Counted from the first letter of the stretch, positions 1-11,127 are shown. The stretch: 64,000 nucleotides of DNA from Bacteroidota bacterium (GCA_947469885.1 CANIQT010000014.1:44305-108304); one strand, 5' to 3'. Made by a program: numbers and translations. The notes: generated by a model not told the origin, from the letters alone.

Positions 1-7
1 CGATAAG

Positions 8-598
8 TTGCCTGATGTTGGAAGTACTGAAAATATTATACTTTGGGGCAAACGCATCGTAAATGGAGATGCAAAAAGAGTAGCTGCTGGAGGCGCGCCA
101 ATGGCTAATCCTTCGGCTGCCGAAGTGGATGAAAAACTTCGGGCTTTTATAAATGCAAGTAATAACCAAAGTTTGAAAACCTCTGTCTGGAAAGATACTT
201 TGCAGGTGTTGGTGAGATTAAGAAAGGAAGCAAAAGTAGTGATAAAAAAAATATGGGACGAAACCGAAACATTTTATAGCGAACTGCCTCCGCCTGCAAT
301 GCGCGACAAAGGCAGGTTGTGGGGCATCGTTTATAAATCGGATACCGAAATGACAATTAATTTGCTAGTGATAAACAATGTAACCAATCTACCTATACAA
401 GGTGCTGTAATCAGTTTTGCGCAAAGCGGCACCACACACATTACCAACCAATTTGGCAATTCTCAATTTAAAACCACTGTTGCCGATGTGGCTACTTTAA
501 CAACTATTAAAGCGGGTTTCAAATCAATAACAACAGAAATAAATTTTGAAAACGATGTGGTGGATTATGATTTAGTAATAAGAATGGAGCCTGTATAA
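8..598 (+). CDS. C-terminal part of a hypothetical protein (5'-truncated at window edge)
   Basis: ORF open from the window start and followed by guaB. No motif I can recognise. Confidence 0.4.
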   Translation: MPDVGSTENIILWGKRIVNGDAKRVAAGGAPMANPSAAEVDEKLRAFINASNNQSLKTSVWKDTLQVLVRLRKEAKVVIKKIWDETETFYSELPPPAMRDKGRLWGIVYKSDTEMTINLLVINNVTNLPIQGAVISFAQSGTTHITNQFGNSQFKTTVADVATLTTIKAGFKSITTEINFENDVVDYDLVIRMEPV

Positions 599-654
599 TA
601 AATCATGACCTATTGCTTGGTATAGTTGATTAACTATTGAACCAAAACATTTCT

Positions 655-662
655 TATATTTG
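655..662 (+). promoter_or_regulatory. Bacteroidota-type -7 promoter box TAtaTTTG upstream of guaB
   Basis: TATATTTG matches the TAnnTTTG consensus, 39 nt upstream of the guaB ATG. Confidence 0.45.
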
Positions 663-700
663 CACGAATTTTATTTATAAAAATTCAAACCCCCAACCAC

Positions 701-2170
701 ATGTCATTAGATTCAAGCAAATTTGTAGGCGAAGGCTTAACCTACGATGATGTATTGTTAGTACCCGCATATTCGGAAGTACTGCCCAGAGAAGTAGATA
801 TCTCTTCTTATTTCACCAGAAAAATAAAACTAAACACCCCTGTTGTTTCGGCAGCTATGGATACGGTTACGGAGTATCGCCTTGCCATTGCTATAGCGCA
901 AGAGGGTGGGATAGGAGTGCTGCATAAAAACATGACCATAGCCGAACAAGCAGAGCAGGTGCGGAAAGTAAAGCGTTCTGAAAGCGGAATGATAGTGGAA
1001 CCCCTTACTTTGCCCGAAACAGCAACGGTAAAAGATGCGGTGGCACTAATCAAAGAGCATAAAATTGGTGGTATTCCAATAGTTACTACTAATAAAAAAC
1101 TAATGGGAATTGTTACGAACAGAGATTTGCGTTTCGAAAAAAACATGAAGCGTCCTATTTCGGAAGTGATGACAAGCAAAGATTTGATAGTGGCAAAAGA
1201 AGGAACAGATTTGAAAAAGGCCGAAGAGATACTTCAAAATCATAAGATAGAAAAACTTCCGGTGGTAGATAAAAATTTTCGGTTAGTTGGATTGATAACC
1301 TATAGAGATATTATTAATGTAAAAGTTCACCCCTTTGCAAACAAGGACCAATTGGGGCGTTTGAGAGTGGCTGCTGCTGTTGGTGTTACTGCCGACATGA
1401 TGGAAAGAATAGAAGGACTGGTGAATGCTGGCGTGGATGCGGTGATAATTGATACTGCTCATGGGCATTCGAAAGGGGTGATAGATGCACTTAAACAAAC
1501 AAAGAAAAAATATCCTAAGTTAGAAGTGGTGGTGGGTAATGTGGCTACTGCCGAAGCTGCTTTGGCATTGGTTAAAGCTGGTGCCGATGCGGTAAAGGTG
1601 GGAATTGGTCCTGGCTCTATTTGCACCACCCGTATCATTGCCGGTGTGGGAGTTCCGCAATTTACAGCTGTTGTGGAGGTGGCAAAAGCTTTAAAAAATA
1701 CAGGAGTTCCTGTTATTGCCGATGGAGGAATTCGATTTACAGGTGATATTGTGAAAGCATTGGCAGGTGGAGCAGATTCAGTAATGATGGGCTCTATGTT
1801 TGCAGGAGTGGAAGAAGCCCCTGGTGAAAATATTATTTTTGAAGGAAGAAAATTTAAGTCTTATCGTGGAATGGGCTCTATCGAAGCCATGCAGAAAGGC
1901 AGTAAAGACCGTTATTTTCAGGATGCAGAAGACGACATTAAAAAATTAGTTCCCGAAGGTATCTCTGGCAGAGTGCCTGTTAAAGGCAATTTGGCAGAAG
2001 TGGTATTCCAGTTTATTGGCGGTTTGCGTGCAGGTATGGGATATTGCGGAGCAAAGAATATTGACACATTGCAAAAAGCAAAATTCATTCGTATCACCAG
2101 TTCTGGTATCCGCGAAAGCCATCCACATGGAGTTTCGATAACCAGAGAGGCTCCTAATTATAGTAGGTAA
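701..2170 (+). CDS. guaB: IMP dehydrogenase
   Basis: 489 aa. The N-terminus [25 protein letters not shown], tandem CBS region and catalytic-loop [11 protein letters not shown] are textbook IMPDH. Confidence 0.95.
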   Translation: MSLDSSKFVGEGLTYDDVLLVPAYSEVLPREVDISSYFTRKIKLNTPVVSAAMDTVTEYRLAIAIAQEGGIGVLHKNMTIAEQAEQVRKVKRSESGMIVEPLTLPETATVKDAVALIKEHKIGGIPIVTTNKKLMGIVTNRDLRFEKNMKRPISEVMTSKDLIVAKEGTDLKKAEEILQNHKIEKLPVVDKNFRLVGLITYRDIINVKVHPFANKDQLGRLRVAAAVGVTADMMERIEGLVNAGVDAVIIDTAHGHSKGVIDALKQTKKKYPKLEVVVGNVATAEAALALVKAGADAVKVGIGPGSICTTRIIAGVGVPQFTAVVEVAKALKNTGVPVIADGGIRFTGDIVKALAGGADSVMMGSMFAGVEEAPGENIIFEGRKFKSYRGMGSIEAMQKGSKDRYFQDAEDDIKKLVPEGISGRVPVKGNLAEVVFQFIGGLRAGMGYCGAKNIDTLQKAKFIRITSSGIRESHPHGVSITREAPNYSR

Positions 2171-2217
2171 TTAAGGATTAAGGGTTGAAGATTAATCGTT
2201 AATCTCCAAATCCTAAA

Positions 2218-5151
2218 TCATTTTATCGGAAACACATTGTATATCACATCTTGTATCTTCGTCCTGATGCCGGATTTAGCCAATTTGTTTTCAGTTGCAT
2301 CAGGATACACCCTATTAGAAAGAAATACATAAACTGTTCCATTCACCGGGTCAGCCCATGTTAAAGTGCCTGTAAAACCAGAGTGTCCGAAACTTTCGGG
2401 AGTACATGATGAAGCCACCGGGCTTTCTTTTCCGGCACTCATTTCGGGTTTGTCAAATCCCATTCCTCTTCTATTTTCGAAACAATACTGACATTTGGTA
2501 AACTCATGAACGGTAGAAGAATCAATGTATTGTTTACCTCCATACTTACCATTATTCAAATACATTTGCATCATCACTGCCAAATCATTTGCATTCGAAA
2601 ATAATCCTGCATGACCTCCAACACCGCCAAGCATGGCTGCTCCTTGGTCGTGCACATATCCCGAAATTTGTTGTTTCCTAAATATTTTGTCCAATTCCGT
2701 TGGCACAATTCGGTTGGTATCAAATCGTTCTCTCGGCTTATAGCCCATTGTAGTTAGTCCAAGCGGGGCATAAAAGGTTTTGTAGGTGTATTCATCTTCT
2801 GTCATAGCTGTTTTTTGTTCAATGATTTTTTTTAGAAAATAATATCCTAAATCACTGTACAAAAACTTTCCTTTATCTTTCAAAGGTGATTCTATAATTT
2901 GCTTATAAATACTGTCTTCATAATTTTTATTGATATATAAATTTTGCGCTACACATTTTGAATACACATCATCTTTTGTTTTGCTGTAAATCAATTTGTC
3001 GCATTCATTGTTTTTCATTGTTTTGGTCCAGAAGGGTATCCAGTCCTTTAATCCCGCCTGGTGTGCCATCATTTCGCGGATAACAATGTTTTCTTTATTT
3101 GTTCCTTTCAGCGAAGGCAAATAGGTAACTAATTTCTCATTCACTTTTATTTTTTTCTCATCATAGAGTTTCATAATGCTAGGTGTACTAGCAATTATTT
3201 TTGTTACAGATGCCAAATCATAAAGGTCATCGTTCTTTACTTTTTCTTTTTTAGAATAGGTATGATAACCAAATGATTTTTGATAAATCACGTTGCCATC
3301 CTTAGCAATAAAAACTTGACATCCCGGATACACCCTATCCCTTATGCCTTTCAGAGCAATGGTATCAATTTTTGAAAATGCTTTTGCATCAATACCTAAT
3401 TCTTCAGGTATGGTATATTTAAATCGTACTGCTTTTGTAGTTATACCTGTGCCTAATATAAAATATGGACTTGCAGTTACTGGTAGTTTACCAGTAGCAG
3501 CTATTCCACCAAATATTAACTGTGCAGAATAATCTTCACTCAAATCAGTATCTTCATAACTCATCACCACAGCATCAGCAAACTGAATGCTATCCATCTT
3601 TGCAAGGATATAGGGATTCGCGCTTATATTCACAATAACTTTCGATTGCTTCATTACTGCTTTTAGTAATGTCATTACTTTTAGTTCCAATCCAAAATCT
3701 TTTTCCGGTTTATTGTTCGTATTATTAAGATGAACAATTACCAAATTATAATTTTTCAATTGTGTGAGTAAGGAATCGAATTTTTCCTGCTTTGCTTCTT
3801 TATCAATTCCGAAAGGCATTACGTTTGCATAATTGGAGAGGGTATTTTGAAAAATACTTAGCTCTTTATTTCCTAAAGAGAGAGAAGCAATGCGTAATGT
3901 ATCCAGATTTTTAATCGGGACAATATTGTTTTTATTCTGCAAAAGAGTTATTGATGCTTCCGTTAATTTACGATTGATAACCTCTGCATATACAGTATTC
4001 AACTCTTTATAAAGATTCTTTGTTTTTATTTTCGAATAGTGATTTAACCCTGCCCATTGTTTTGCTTTTAAAATTTTTAAGCAACGTGCATCAATTTCTT
4101 CCTGAGCTACCAAACCGCTATCCACTGCTTCTTTTATTTTATTGATTGCTTTCGGAACATCTTCAGGAAACAGCAATACATCATTACCTGCAAGTAAAGC
4201 TTTTAAATCTGCTTCCCCGGGATTAAAAAATTTGGTAACTCCTTGCATATTCAAAGCATCAGTAAACACGAGTCCTTTGAAACCAAGGGTATCTTTCAGT
4301 AATCCAGTAACAATTCTTTTAGTAAGTGTAGAAGGCTGATTGGGGGTGGTGTCCAAAGCAGGAATAGAAAGATGTGCTACCATCATGCTTCCCAATCCTT
4401 GTGCAATCAATTCTTTGAAAGGATACAATTCCAATGTGTCCAATCTTGCTCTCGATGATTTTATGGTGGGTAATGTTTTGTGCGAATCACTGTCTGTATC
4501 GCCATGGCCAGGAAAATGTTTGGCATTGGCAAGCATTCCATTGTCCTGCATTCCTTTCATATACATCAATGCTTTAGCAGTAACATTAAATTTGTTTTCT
4601 CCAAACGAGCGAGTCCCAATTACAGGATTCAAAGGATTATTATTAATATCCACGACAGGTGCAAAGTTAATCTGCATCCCTATTCGTTTGCATTCGCGGG
4701 CTATTTCAACCCCCATCGAATAAATTAATGAATCATTCTGAATAGCACCTAACGTCATTTGTCTTGGAAAACGAATGGTACTATCCAATCTCATTGCCAA
4801 TCCCCACTCTGCATCCATAGCTACAAACAAGGGTACTTTGGAAATTGCTTGGTATTGATTGGTAAGATTAGCTTGCCGTACTGGTCCTCCCCGGAAAAAT
4901 ATCAAGCCTCCAATCTTATAATCCTTAACCAGTTTTTTTATTTCTTTGATGTGTGTTTTATCTTTGTTAGAATATGCAGCAACCATAAATAGTTGCGCAA
5001 TGCGCTCTTCGGGTGTTAATGTTTTTAAGACCGAATCTGCCCACCGGGAATCATTTTTAATAAATACAGGCTCCAAGTTTTTATCCTTCGGAATAAAACT
5101 CACGGAAAAAATAGTAAAAACAGATAGTAAAGCGAATATGATTTTTTTCAT
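2218..5151 (-). CDS. Secreted bifunctional protein: GH3 beta-N-acetylhexosaminidase (NagZ-like) domain fused to a serine beta-lactamase/penicillin-binding (AmpH-like) domain
   Basis: 977 aa with an N-terminal signal peptide. The KHFPGHGDT motif is the GH3 signature. The C-terminal half carries SVTKIIAS (SxxK), YSD and HSGFTG (HTG-like) motifs of class C-like serine hydrolases. Confidence 0.85.
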   Translation of the reverse strand: MKKIIFALLSVFTIFSVSFIPKDKNLEPVFIKNDSRWADSVLKTLTPEERIAQLFMVAAYSNKDKTHIKEIKKLVKDYKIGGLIFFRGGPVRQANLTNQYQAISKVPLFVAMDAEWGLAMRLDSTIRFPRQMTLGAIQNDSLIYSMGVEIARECKRIGMQINFAPVVDINNNPLNPVIGTRSFGENKFNVTAKALMYMKGMQDNGMLANAKHFPGHGDTDSDSHKTLPTIKSSRARLDTLELYPFKELIAQGLGSMMVAHLSIPALDTTPNQPSTLTKRIVTGLLKDTLGFKGLVFTDALNMQGVTKFFNPGEADLKALLAGNDVLLFPEDVPKAINKIKEAVDSGLVAQEEIDARCLKILKAKQWAGLNHYSKIKTKNLYKELNTVYAEVINRKLTEASITLLQNKNNIVPIKNLDTLRIASLSLGNKELSIFQNTLSNYANVMPFGIDKEAKQEKFDSLLTQLKNYNLVIVHLNNTNNKPEKDFGLELKVMTLLKAVMKQSKVIVNISANPYILAKMDSIQFADAVVMSYEDTDLSEDYSAQLIFGGIAATGKLPVTASPYFILGTGITTKAVRFKYTIPEELGIDAKAFSKIDTIALKGIRDRVYPGCQVFIAKDGNVIYQKSFGYHTYSKKEKVKNDDLYDLASVTKIIASTPSIMKLYDEKKIKVNEKLVTYLPSLKGTNKENIVIREMMAHQAGLKDWIPFWTKTMKNNECDKLIYSKTKDDVYSKCVAQNLYINKNYEDSIYKQIIESPLKDKGKFLYSDLGYYFLKKIIEQKTAMTEDEYTYKTFYAPLGLTTMGYKPRERFDTNRIVPTELDKIFRKQQISGYVHDQGAAMLGGVGGHAGLFSNANDLAVMMQMYLNNGKYGGKQYIDSSTVHEFTKCQYCFENRRGMGFDKPEMSAGKESPVASSCTPESFGHSGFTGTLTWADPVNGTVYVFLSNRVYPDATENKLAKSGIRTKIQDVIYNVFPIK

Positions 5152-5338
5152 TGAAAGAATAATCTTGATAATATTTTAATCTAAAAAATAAGTGTGATAA
5201 AAGTACTCTTAATCAGCCCCAACATTCAAACTACCTGCTTTAACTTTTCAACTTTACAGTGTTGATGGAAATGCTACTTTCACTTGTCATGGATAATACC
5301 AATTTGTAAATTCGTAAAAATTCGTAATTCGTAGTATC

Positions 5339-5698
5339 ATGTATAAAAAAGTATTTAATTTAATGGTGTTGATGATAAGTGTACTTACCGTCAATTTGCT
5401 TACCACATTTATTACTGGAAAAATTATTCATAATAAAATCGAACTAAATCCTTATAAATTTACTGCAATAGCTATGGTTGCATTGGTATTTATTTTGGTG
5501 CCTTCGTATCGTTATATGAGTTCAAAAATTGAAGTAATGGTTGCCAAACTTCTTTTGTCAGGTAGTAATTCACTCGGAAAAGCAATTGGTTTAATTTTTT
5601 CGTTTGCACTAGTTTTTGGAATTCTTTTTTTAATTTACCTCTATCATTGGTTCAATATTAATGTGTTTGATTTTGTGAATACCTCCGAAATTAAATAG
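5339..5698 (+). CDS. Small hypothetical membrane protein (3 predicted TM segments)
   Basis: 119-aa ORF with hydrophobic segments. No recognisable family. Confidence 0.35.
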   Translation: MYKKVFNLMVLMISVLTVNLLTTFITGKIIHNKIELNPYKFTAIAMVALVFILVPSYRYMSSKIEVMVAKLLLSGSNSLGKAIGLIFSFALVFGILFLIYLYHWFNINVFDFVNTSEIK

Positions 5699-5757
5699 TT
5701 TGCAATTATTAACACAATTTTAAATAATTCCTTTTGATAGAAATAGAATGGCTTTCT

Positions 5758-5765
5758 TATCTTTG
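5758..5765 (+). promoter_or_regulatory. -7 promoter box TATCTTTG upstream of mutL
   Basis: Matches TAnnTTTG, 18 nt upstream of the mutL ATG. Confidence 0.4.
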
Positions 5766-5782
5766 CAAATAAGAAAAATTCT

Positions 5783-7630
5783 ATGTCCGACATCATTCAG
5801 CTTTTACCCGATTCCGTTGCTAATCAGATTGCAGCTGGTGAAGTCGTTCAACGACCAGCCTCTGCTGTAAAGGAGTTGATGGAAAATGCGTTGGATGCAG
5901 GCAGTACTCAAATAAAGCTGATTGCCAAAGATGCGGGAAAAACACTGATTCAGATTATTGATAATGGTTGCGGCATGAGCGAAAGCGATGCCCGCATGAG
6001 TTTCGAGCGTCATGCTACATCTAAAATTCGTAAAGCAGATGATTTGTTTGCTATTCGTACCATGGGTTTCAGAGGGGAAGCCCTTGCTTCCATTGCAGCC
6101 ATTGCTCAGGTTGAATTAAAAACAAAACGCATCGGTGACGAAATTGGTGTTAAGATTGACATTGAAGGAAGCGAAGTAAAAAATCAGGAAGCAACTCATT
6201 GCCCGGAAGGGACAAGCATTTCTGTAAAGAATTTATTTTATAATGTTCCTGCCCGAAGAAATTTTTTAAAAACAGATGCTGTTGAACTTCGTCATATCAT
6301 TGAGGAATTTCAACGGGTCGCCATTCCTAATCCACAGGTAGCATTTTCATTTCATCACAATACTACAGAAGTGTTTAATTTGCCAGTTGGCAATTTAAAA
6401 CAACGCCTAATGGGAGTTTTCGGAAATTCCTACAACACTCGTTTAGTTCCTGTTGAAGAAAATACAGAAATTGTAAAAATAAAGGGATATGTGATAAAAC
6501 CTGATTTTGCTAAGAAAACAAGAGGAGAACAATTCTTCTTTTTAAATAAACGTTTTATAAAAAGTGCATATCTGCATCATGCTGTTCAGTCGGCTTTCGA
6601 GCAATTATTACCAAAAGATAGTTTTGCTTCTTATTTTCTTTTGTTGGATGTGGACCCCAAAACCATTGATATTAATATTCATCCCACCAAAACAGAAGTA
6701 AAGTTTGAAGATGAAAAAGCCATTTATGCTTTTCTTCGCTCAGCTATTAAAAAATCTTTGGGTCAATTCAACATTGCTCCCAGTCTTGATTTTAATCAGG
6801 AAGCTCATCTTTACAACATGCCACTTAAACCTGTTGATGGCATTTACAAACAACCTACCATCACAGTTGATCCGAACTATAATCCTTTTAAAATTGATTC
6901 TCCTCTTGGCATTAAATCTTCCGAAAGAGATTTATCTAACCGTGCCAATTGGGAAAAAATGTACAGTCGCCATGCGGATAATCAACTGGAGTTTGAAATA
7001 AAAAAAGAAGAGGAAACCCAGCAAACGATTAATACAGATTGGGATAACGAACTTCACGAAAGTAATTTAAAGTCCTCCTACCAGTTACACAACAAATATA
7101 TTTTAACGCATATAAAAACCGGCTTTATGGTAATCGACCAGCAAGGTGGTCATGAACGGATTTTGTATGAACGAATACTTTATGCCTTCGAAAAAAACAA
7201 ATCTGCAACCCAACAGGAATTATTTCCAAAAACAATTGAACTAAATCCAGCCGATTTTGCTTTGGTAAAAGAATTAAATTCAGAAATACAGTCTCTTGGT
7301 TTTGACATCAGCGAATTTGGTAAAAACACCTTTGTCATTCATGGTATTCCTGCTGATACAGTAAATTTTGATTCTGTTAATTTGCTGGAAGGATTGATTG
7401 AAAACTACAAACAAAATCAACTTGAACTAAAATCAGACAAACGCGAAAACCTTGCGCGCGCTATGGCACGAAATATGTCAATTAAATCGGGTAGGGCATT
7501 AACACAAGAAGAAATGAATAACTTAATTGATGAACTCTTTGCCTGCAAAATGCCTTACAGCACACCTTCAGGAAAACCAACAATAACAACATTCTCAAGC
7601 GAAGACTTGGATAAAAGATTTAAGAAGTAG
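5783..7630 (+). CDS. mutL: DNA mismatch repair protein MutL
   Basis: 615 aa. The GHKL ATPase N-terminus (IAAGEVVQRPASAVKELMENALDAG, DNGCGM) is canonical MutL. Confidence 0.95.
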   Translation: MSDIIQLLPDSVANQIAAGEVVQRPASAVKELMENALDAGSTQIKLIAKDAGKTLIQIIDNGCGMSESDARMSFERHATSKIRKADDLFAIRTMGFRGEALASIAAIAQVELKTKRIGDEIGVKIDIEGSEVKNQEATHCPEGTSISVKNLFYNVPARRNFLKTDAVELRHIIEEFQRVAIPNPQVAFSFHHNTTEVFNLPVGNLKQRLMGVFGNSYNTRLVPVEENTEIVKIKGYVIKPDFAKKTRGEQFFFLNKRFIKSAYLHHAVQSAFEQLLPKDSFASYFLLLDVDPKTIDINIHPTKTEVKFEDEKAIYAFLRSAIKKSLGQFNIAPSLDFNQEAHLYNMPLKPVDGIYKQPTITVDPNYNPFKIDSPLGIKSSERDLSNRANWEKMYSRHADNQLEFEIKKEEETQQTINTDWDNELHESNLKSSYQLHNKYILTHIKTGFMVIDQQGGHERILYERILYAFEKNKSATQQELFPKTIELNPADFALVKELNSEIQSLGFDISEFGKNTFVIHGIPADTVNFDSVNLLEGLIENYKQNQLELKSDKRENLARAMARNMSIKSGRALTQEEMNNLIDELFACKMPYSTPSGKPTITTFSSEDLDKRFKK

Positions 7631-7685
7631 TTAATAGTGAATAGGCAATAGGAAATAGATAACAACCAACAACTAACAACCAATA

Positions 7686-8438
7686 ATGAGTTACCAACAA
7701 TATCGCCCAAATAGTTTCAGTGTTTTACCACCTGTTGTAAAAAATTTATTAATCCTAAATGGTTTATTATTTCTCGGCTCTTTAGTTGCCGAAAGTCAAT
7801 TTGCAATTGATTTGTCAGAAACGCTCGGCTTGCATTTTCCTCTTTCCGAAAAATTCCATCCTTACCAATTAGTGTCGTATATGTTTATGCACGGCAGTTT
7901 TATGCACTTGTTTTTTAACATGTTTGCCCTATGGATGTTTGGCAATGTTTTAGAAAACTATTGGGGACCAAAACGTTTTTTAATTTATTATATGATAACA
8001 GGAATAGGAGCAGGGTGCATTCAAATTTTGGTTACGTATTTAAGATTAGAATCTCTTTATCCCCAAGTTTCCTCGGAAGATTTAAATTTAATTATTTCTA
8101 AAGGAGCCGAAGTAATTAGTGGAGGAAAAAACTTCATTGATAATTCGATGGGCGAAATCAATATGTTATTAAACAGTTCCACTATTGGTGCTTCCGGTGC
8201 GGTGTTTGGCATATTGTTAGCTTTCGGAATGTTGTTCCCAAATACGTTATTATACATTTATTTTGCAATTCCAATCAAGGCAAAATGGTTTGTAGTTTTA
8301 TATGGAGGAATGGAATTGTTTTCAGGCATTGCAAACAATCCCGAAGATAATGTGGCTCACTTTGCTCACTTAGGTGGCATGTTGTTTGGTTTTATTTTGA
8401 TTAAAATTTGGCAAAAAAACAAAAAGAAAATATTTTAA
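7686..8438 (+). CDS. Rhomboid family intramembrane serine protease
   Basis: 250 aa. Catalytic GASGAVFG serine motif and HLGG histidine motif in TM helices. Confidence 0.8.
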   Translation: MSYQQYRPNSFSVLPPVVKNLLILNGLLFLGSLVAESQFAIDLSETLGLHFPLSEKFHPYQLVSYMFMHGSFMHLFFNMFALWMFGNVLENYWGPKRFLIYYMITGIGAGCIQILVTYLRLESLYPQVSSEDLNLIISKGAEVISGGKNFIDNSMGEINMLLNSSTIGASGAVFGILLAFGMLFPNTLLYIYFAIPIKAKWFVVLYGGMELFSGIANNPEDNVAHFAHLGGMLFGFILIKIWQKNKKKIF

Positions 8439-8441
8439 TTT

Positions 8442-9350
8442 ATGGCAAATCAAATAATCGATGACATAAAATTAAAACTAAAAAGCGGTAATGTTATTAC
8501 CCGCTTAATTGTCATCAACGTAGTTGTTTTTGTAATCATTAGTTTACTTCGCATACTTCTTTTCCTCATAGGAGGTGTTGGTAGCTTTTCTTTCTTTGTC
8601 AAATTTTTTATCACCACCATTTCTCTTCCGCTTAATTTTTCTGAATTTATTTATCAACCCTGGACACTTTTTACTTACATGTTTGTGCACATAGATATCA
8701 TGCACATTTTCTGGAACATGGTGCTGCTTTTTTGGTTCGGACAAATTCTTTCCGGTTTTACCGATTCAAAAAAAATTATCCCCCTCTATTTGTTAGGTGG
8801 CATTGCCGGGGGCTTAGTAGCACTCTTATTGGTAAATCTCCTTCCTCCATTTTCTGTTTACATCGGCATGCCAATGGTTGGAGCCTCAGCAGGGGTCACC
8901 GCCATCATCATTGCAGCAGCCACCTTGGTGCCCAATTACAGAATGAATTTAATGTTCATTGGCGAAGTAAAATTAATTTACGTTGCCATTTTTGTTTTAT
9001 TTCTTGATGTATTAAGCCTCGCATCTTATAATAATGTTGGAGGCAACTTAGCCCACCTTGGCGGTGCACTCATGGGATTTATTTTTATTCAGCAATACAA
9101 AAAGGGAAGAGATTTATCAAAACCAATAAATAAAATTTTAAACGGATTTAGAAATTTATTTTCGTCTGCTCCCAAAAGCAAAATGAAAGTGGCGTATAAA
9201 AGAGCCCCTTCTGACGAAGACTATAATTACCAAAAAACTTTAACACAGCAGCAGATAGATGCCATACTCGACAAAATTTCAAAATCAGGATACGAAAGTT
9301 TAAGCAAAGCCGAAAAAGAAATTTTATTTAGTGCAAGTAATAAAAAATGA
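8442..9350 (+). CDS. Rhomboid family intramembrane serine protease with C-terminal soluble extension
   Basis: 302 aa. GASAGVTA serine motif and AHLGG histidine motif, in tandem with the preceding paralog. Confidence 0.75.
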   Translation: MANQIIDDIKLKLKSGNVITRLIVINVVVFVIISLLRILLFLIGGVGSFSFFVKFFITTISLPLNFSEFIYQPWTLFTYMFVHIDIMHIFWNMVLLFWFGQILSGFTDSKKIIPLYLLGGIAGGLVALLLVNLLPPFSVYIGMPMVGASAGVTAIIIAAATLVPNYRMNLMFIGEVKLIYVAIFVLFLDVLSLASYNNVGGNLAHLGGALMGFIFIQQYKKGRDLSKPINKILNGFRNLFSSAPKSKMKVAYKRAPSDEDYNYQKTLTQQQIDAILDKISKSGYESLSKAEKEILFSASNKK

Positions 9351-10516
9351 CACAACGGTGTGAAGATTTTATTTTGAAAAGCAACAACAATCCATATCAA
9401 CCCCAACAAAAAACCCCAAAAGGCAAACGCTATTTTTTCAACAAAGTAGCTACCCTTTGCAACCATGTTGCAGCGGTAAGTCTCCTCATCTCTTACCTCG
9501 CACCCCACGTCAGTCCTCAAAACTTTTACCTCATTGCGTTCTTCGGTTTGGCCTATCCAGCATTAGTTCTTGTTAATTTCATTTTTGTCATTTACTGGGC
9601 ATTTCAACTCCGAAAACGAGCATTCTATTCCCTCATCATCATACTTGCGGGATGGGTAAACATCCATCACTATGTGCAGTTCAGCATCAACAACACACCC
9701 GACAAAACAAAAAAGCAAATTAAAATAATGCAATACAATGTCAAGGTCTTCGACTTGTACAACTGGAGTCACAACATGGAAACACGCAAAAAAATGTTCG
9801 ACTTAATCAAAGACCAAAGCCCCAATGTATTATGTATGCAGGAGTTTTTTTCGCGCGACAGCAGCAAGTTCGATAATTTAGATTCGCTCATTCATCTTCA
9901 AAAAGCAAAATACGTTCATGTGGAATATACCTCCAGTGCCCGTCTCCATCAGCATTTCGGAATTGCTACTTTTTCTTCTTATCCAATTTTGTCGAGAGGA
10001 AAAATTGATTTCGGTTATAAGAGCAATAATGTTTGTATTTATACGGATGTAAAAATGGGAAATGATACCGTCCGCATCTACAATATGCACTTGCAGTCCA
10101 TCGCCTTTGCGCCTAATGATTATAAGTACATAGAAGATTTGCAAAGTGATGTGGAAAATGAAGACATTGAGCGCTCCAAAAATATTTTAAGGCGACTTAA
10201 ACTCGCCTTCATTAAACGTGCAAAACAGTCCGAATTGATTTCTGCAAGTATTTCATCCTGTCATTTCCCCATCATTGTATGTGGCGATTTCAACGACACA
10301 CCCGCATCTTACACCTACCACACCATTTCACAAAACCTCAACGATGCCTTTGTTGAAAGCGGAAACGGATTAGGCCGAAGCTATGTCGGCAAATTTCCTT
10401 CCTTCCGCATCGATTATATTTTACATTCCGACAAATTTAAAGCACATAACTTTAAAACCATTCGCGAAGAACTATCCGACCATTTTCCGGTGGTTACCTA
10501 TTTGGAAGAAAATTAG
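9347..10516 (+). CDS. Endonuclease/exonuclease/phosphatase (EEP) family membrane-anchored protein
   Basis: 389 aa. N-terminal TM helices and a C-terminal SDHFPV motif typical of EEP catalytic His. Confidence 0.75.
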   Translation: MTQRCEDFILKSNNNPYQPQQKTPKGKRYFFNKVATLCNHVAAVSLLISYLAPHVSPQNFYLIAFFGLAYPALVLVNFIFVIYWAFQLRKRAFYSLIIILAGWVNIHHYVQFSINNTPDKTKKQIKIMQYNVKVFDLYNWSHNMETRKKMFDLIKDQSPNVLCMQEFFSRDSSKFDNLDSLIHLQKAKYVHVEYTSSARLHQHFGIATFSSYPILSRGKIDFGYKSNNVCIYTDVKMGNDTVRIYNMHLQSIAFAPNDYKYIEDLQSDVENEDIERSKNILRRLKLAFIKRAKQSELISASISSCHFPIIVCGDFNDTPASYTYHTISQNLNDAFVESGNGLGRSYVGKFPSFRIDYILHSDKFKAHNFKTIREELSDHFPVVTYLEEN

Positions 10517-10755
10517 CATACCTCCGATCATACTTTTGGTAAGTTTTAATTTTATGCTTTTTAGTTTTAAAACTGGAAGTAAAACTTATAAAGTAATTTT
10601 AACTGTAATAAAACTATTAACTTAAGAAGGTAAAGTTTTATAATAACTATTGGCTTATTCTGATACTCAAAAAATATCTAAAAAAATTAAATTGTTGTTA
10701 TTTATATTTAATATATTGATATTTAATTGGTTAATTAATTTTAATTTTCTTTTTT

Positions 10756-10925
10756 ATTGTCAAAATGGCATTGTCTTTTTAGACAAATGGGTTCCGAGTG
10801 TTCGGAATGCCATTGTCTTTTTAGACAATCCGGTTCCGATTGTTCGGAATGGCATTGTCTTTTTAGACAAAGCAGTTTCGATTGTTCGGAATGGCATTGT
10901 CTTTTTAGACAAAGAATTTCCAGTA
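10756..10925. repeat. Tandem repeat, 4 units of 42-44 bp, each carrying the perfect hairpin TTGTCT-tttt-AGACAA
   Basis: Units begin at 10763, 10805, 10847 and 10891. A conserved core GGCATTGTCTTTTTAGACAA is followed by a more variable CCGAnTGTTCGGAAT part. Confidence 0.85.
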
Positions 10926-11127
10926 TTAGCAAAAGCACTTTTATATAAACAACTTTTTTTAATCAAAAAAGTCCCCCGAACCAACGGAGAACTTTTTTCT
11001 GTGTTATATCTAAGTAAATCAATATCTTTTTAATCCGCTAAATCTGTGTCATCTGCGTTCCCATCCCCTCCAATTTTTAATTCATTTTTTTTAATCTGCG
11101 TCAATCTGTGCAATCTGCGGTGTAATC

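Noticed and set aside
2185-2210. Terminator hairpin GATTAA-tcg-TTAATC after guaB
   Set aside because: AT-only 6-bp stem with no clear U-tract. Too weak to call.
808-5179. Numerous antisense or internal ORFs inside guaB and the GH3/beta-lactamase gene (for example 808-1179-, 4340-4723+)
   Set aside because: They are embedded in or opposite strongly supported genes, have low-complexity composition and no homology signatures. They are typical shadow ORFs.
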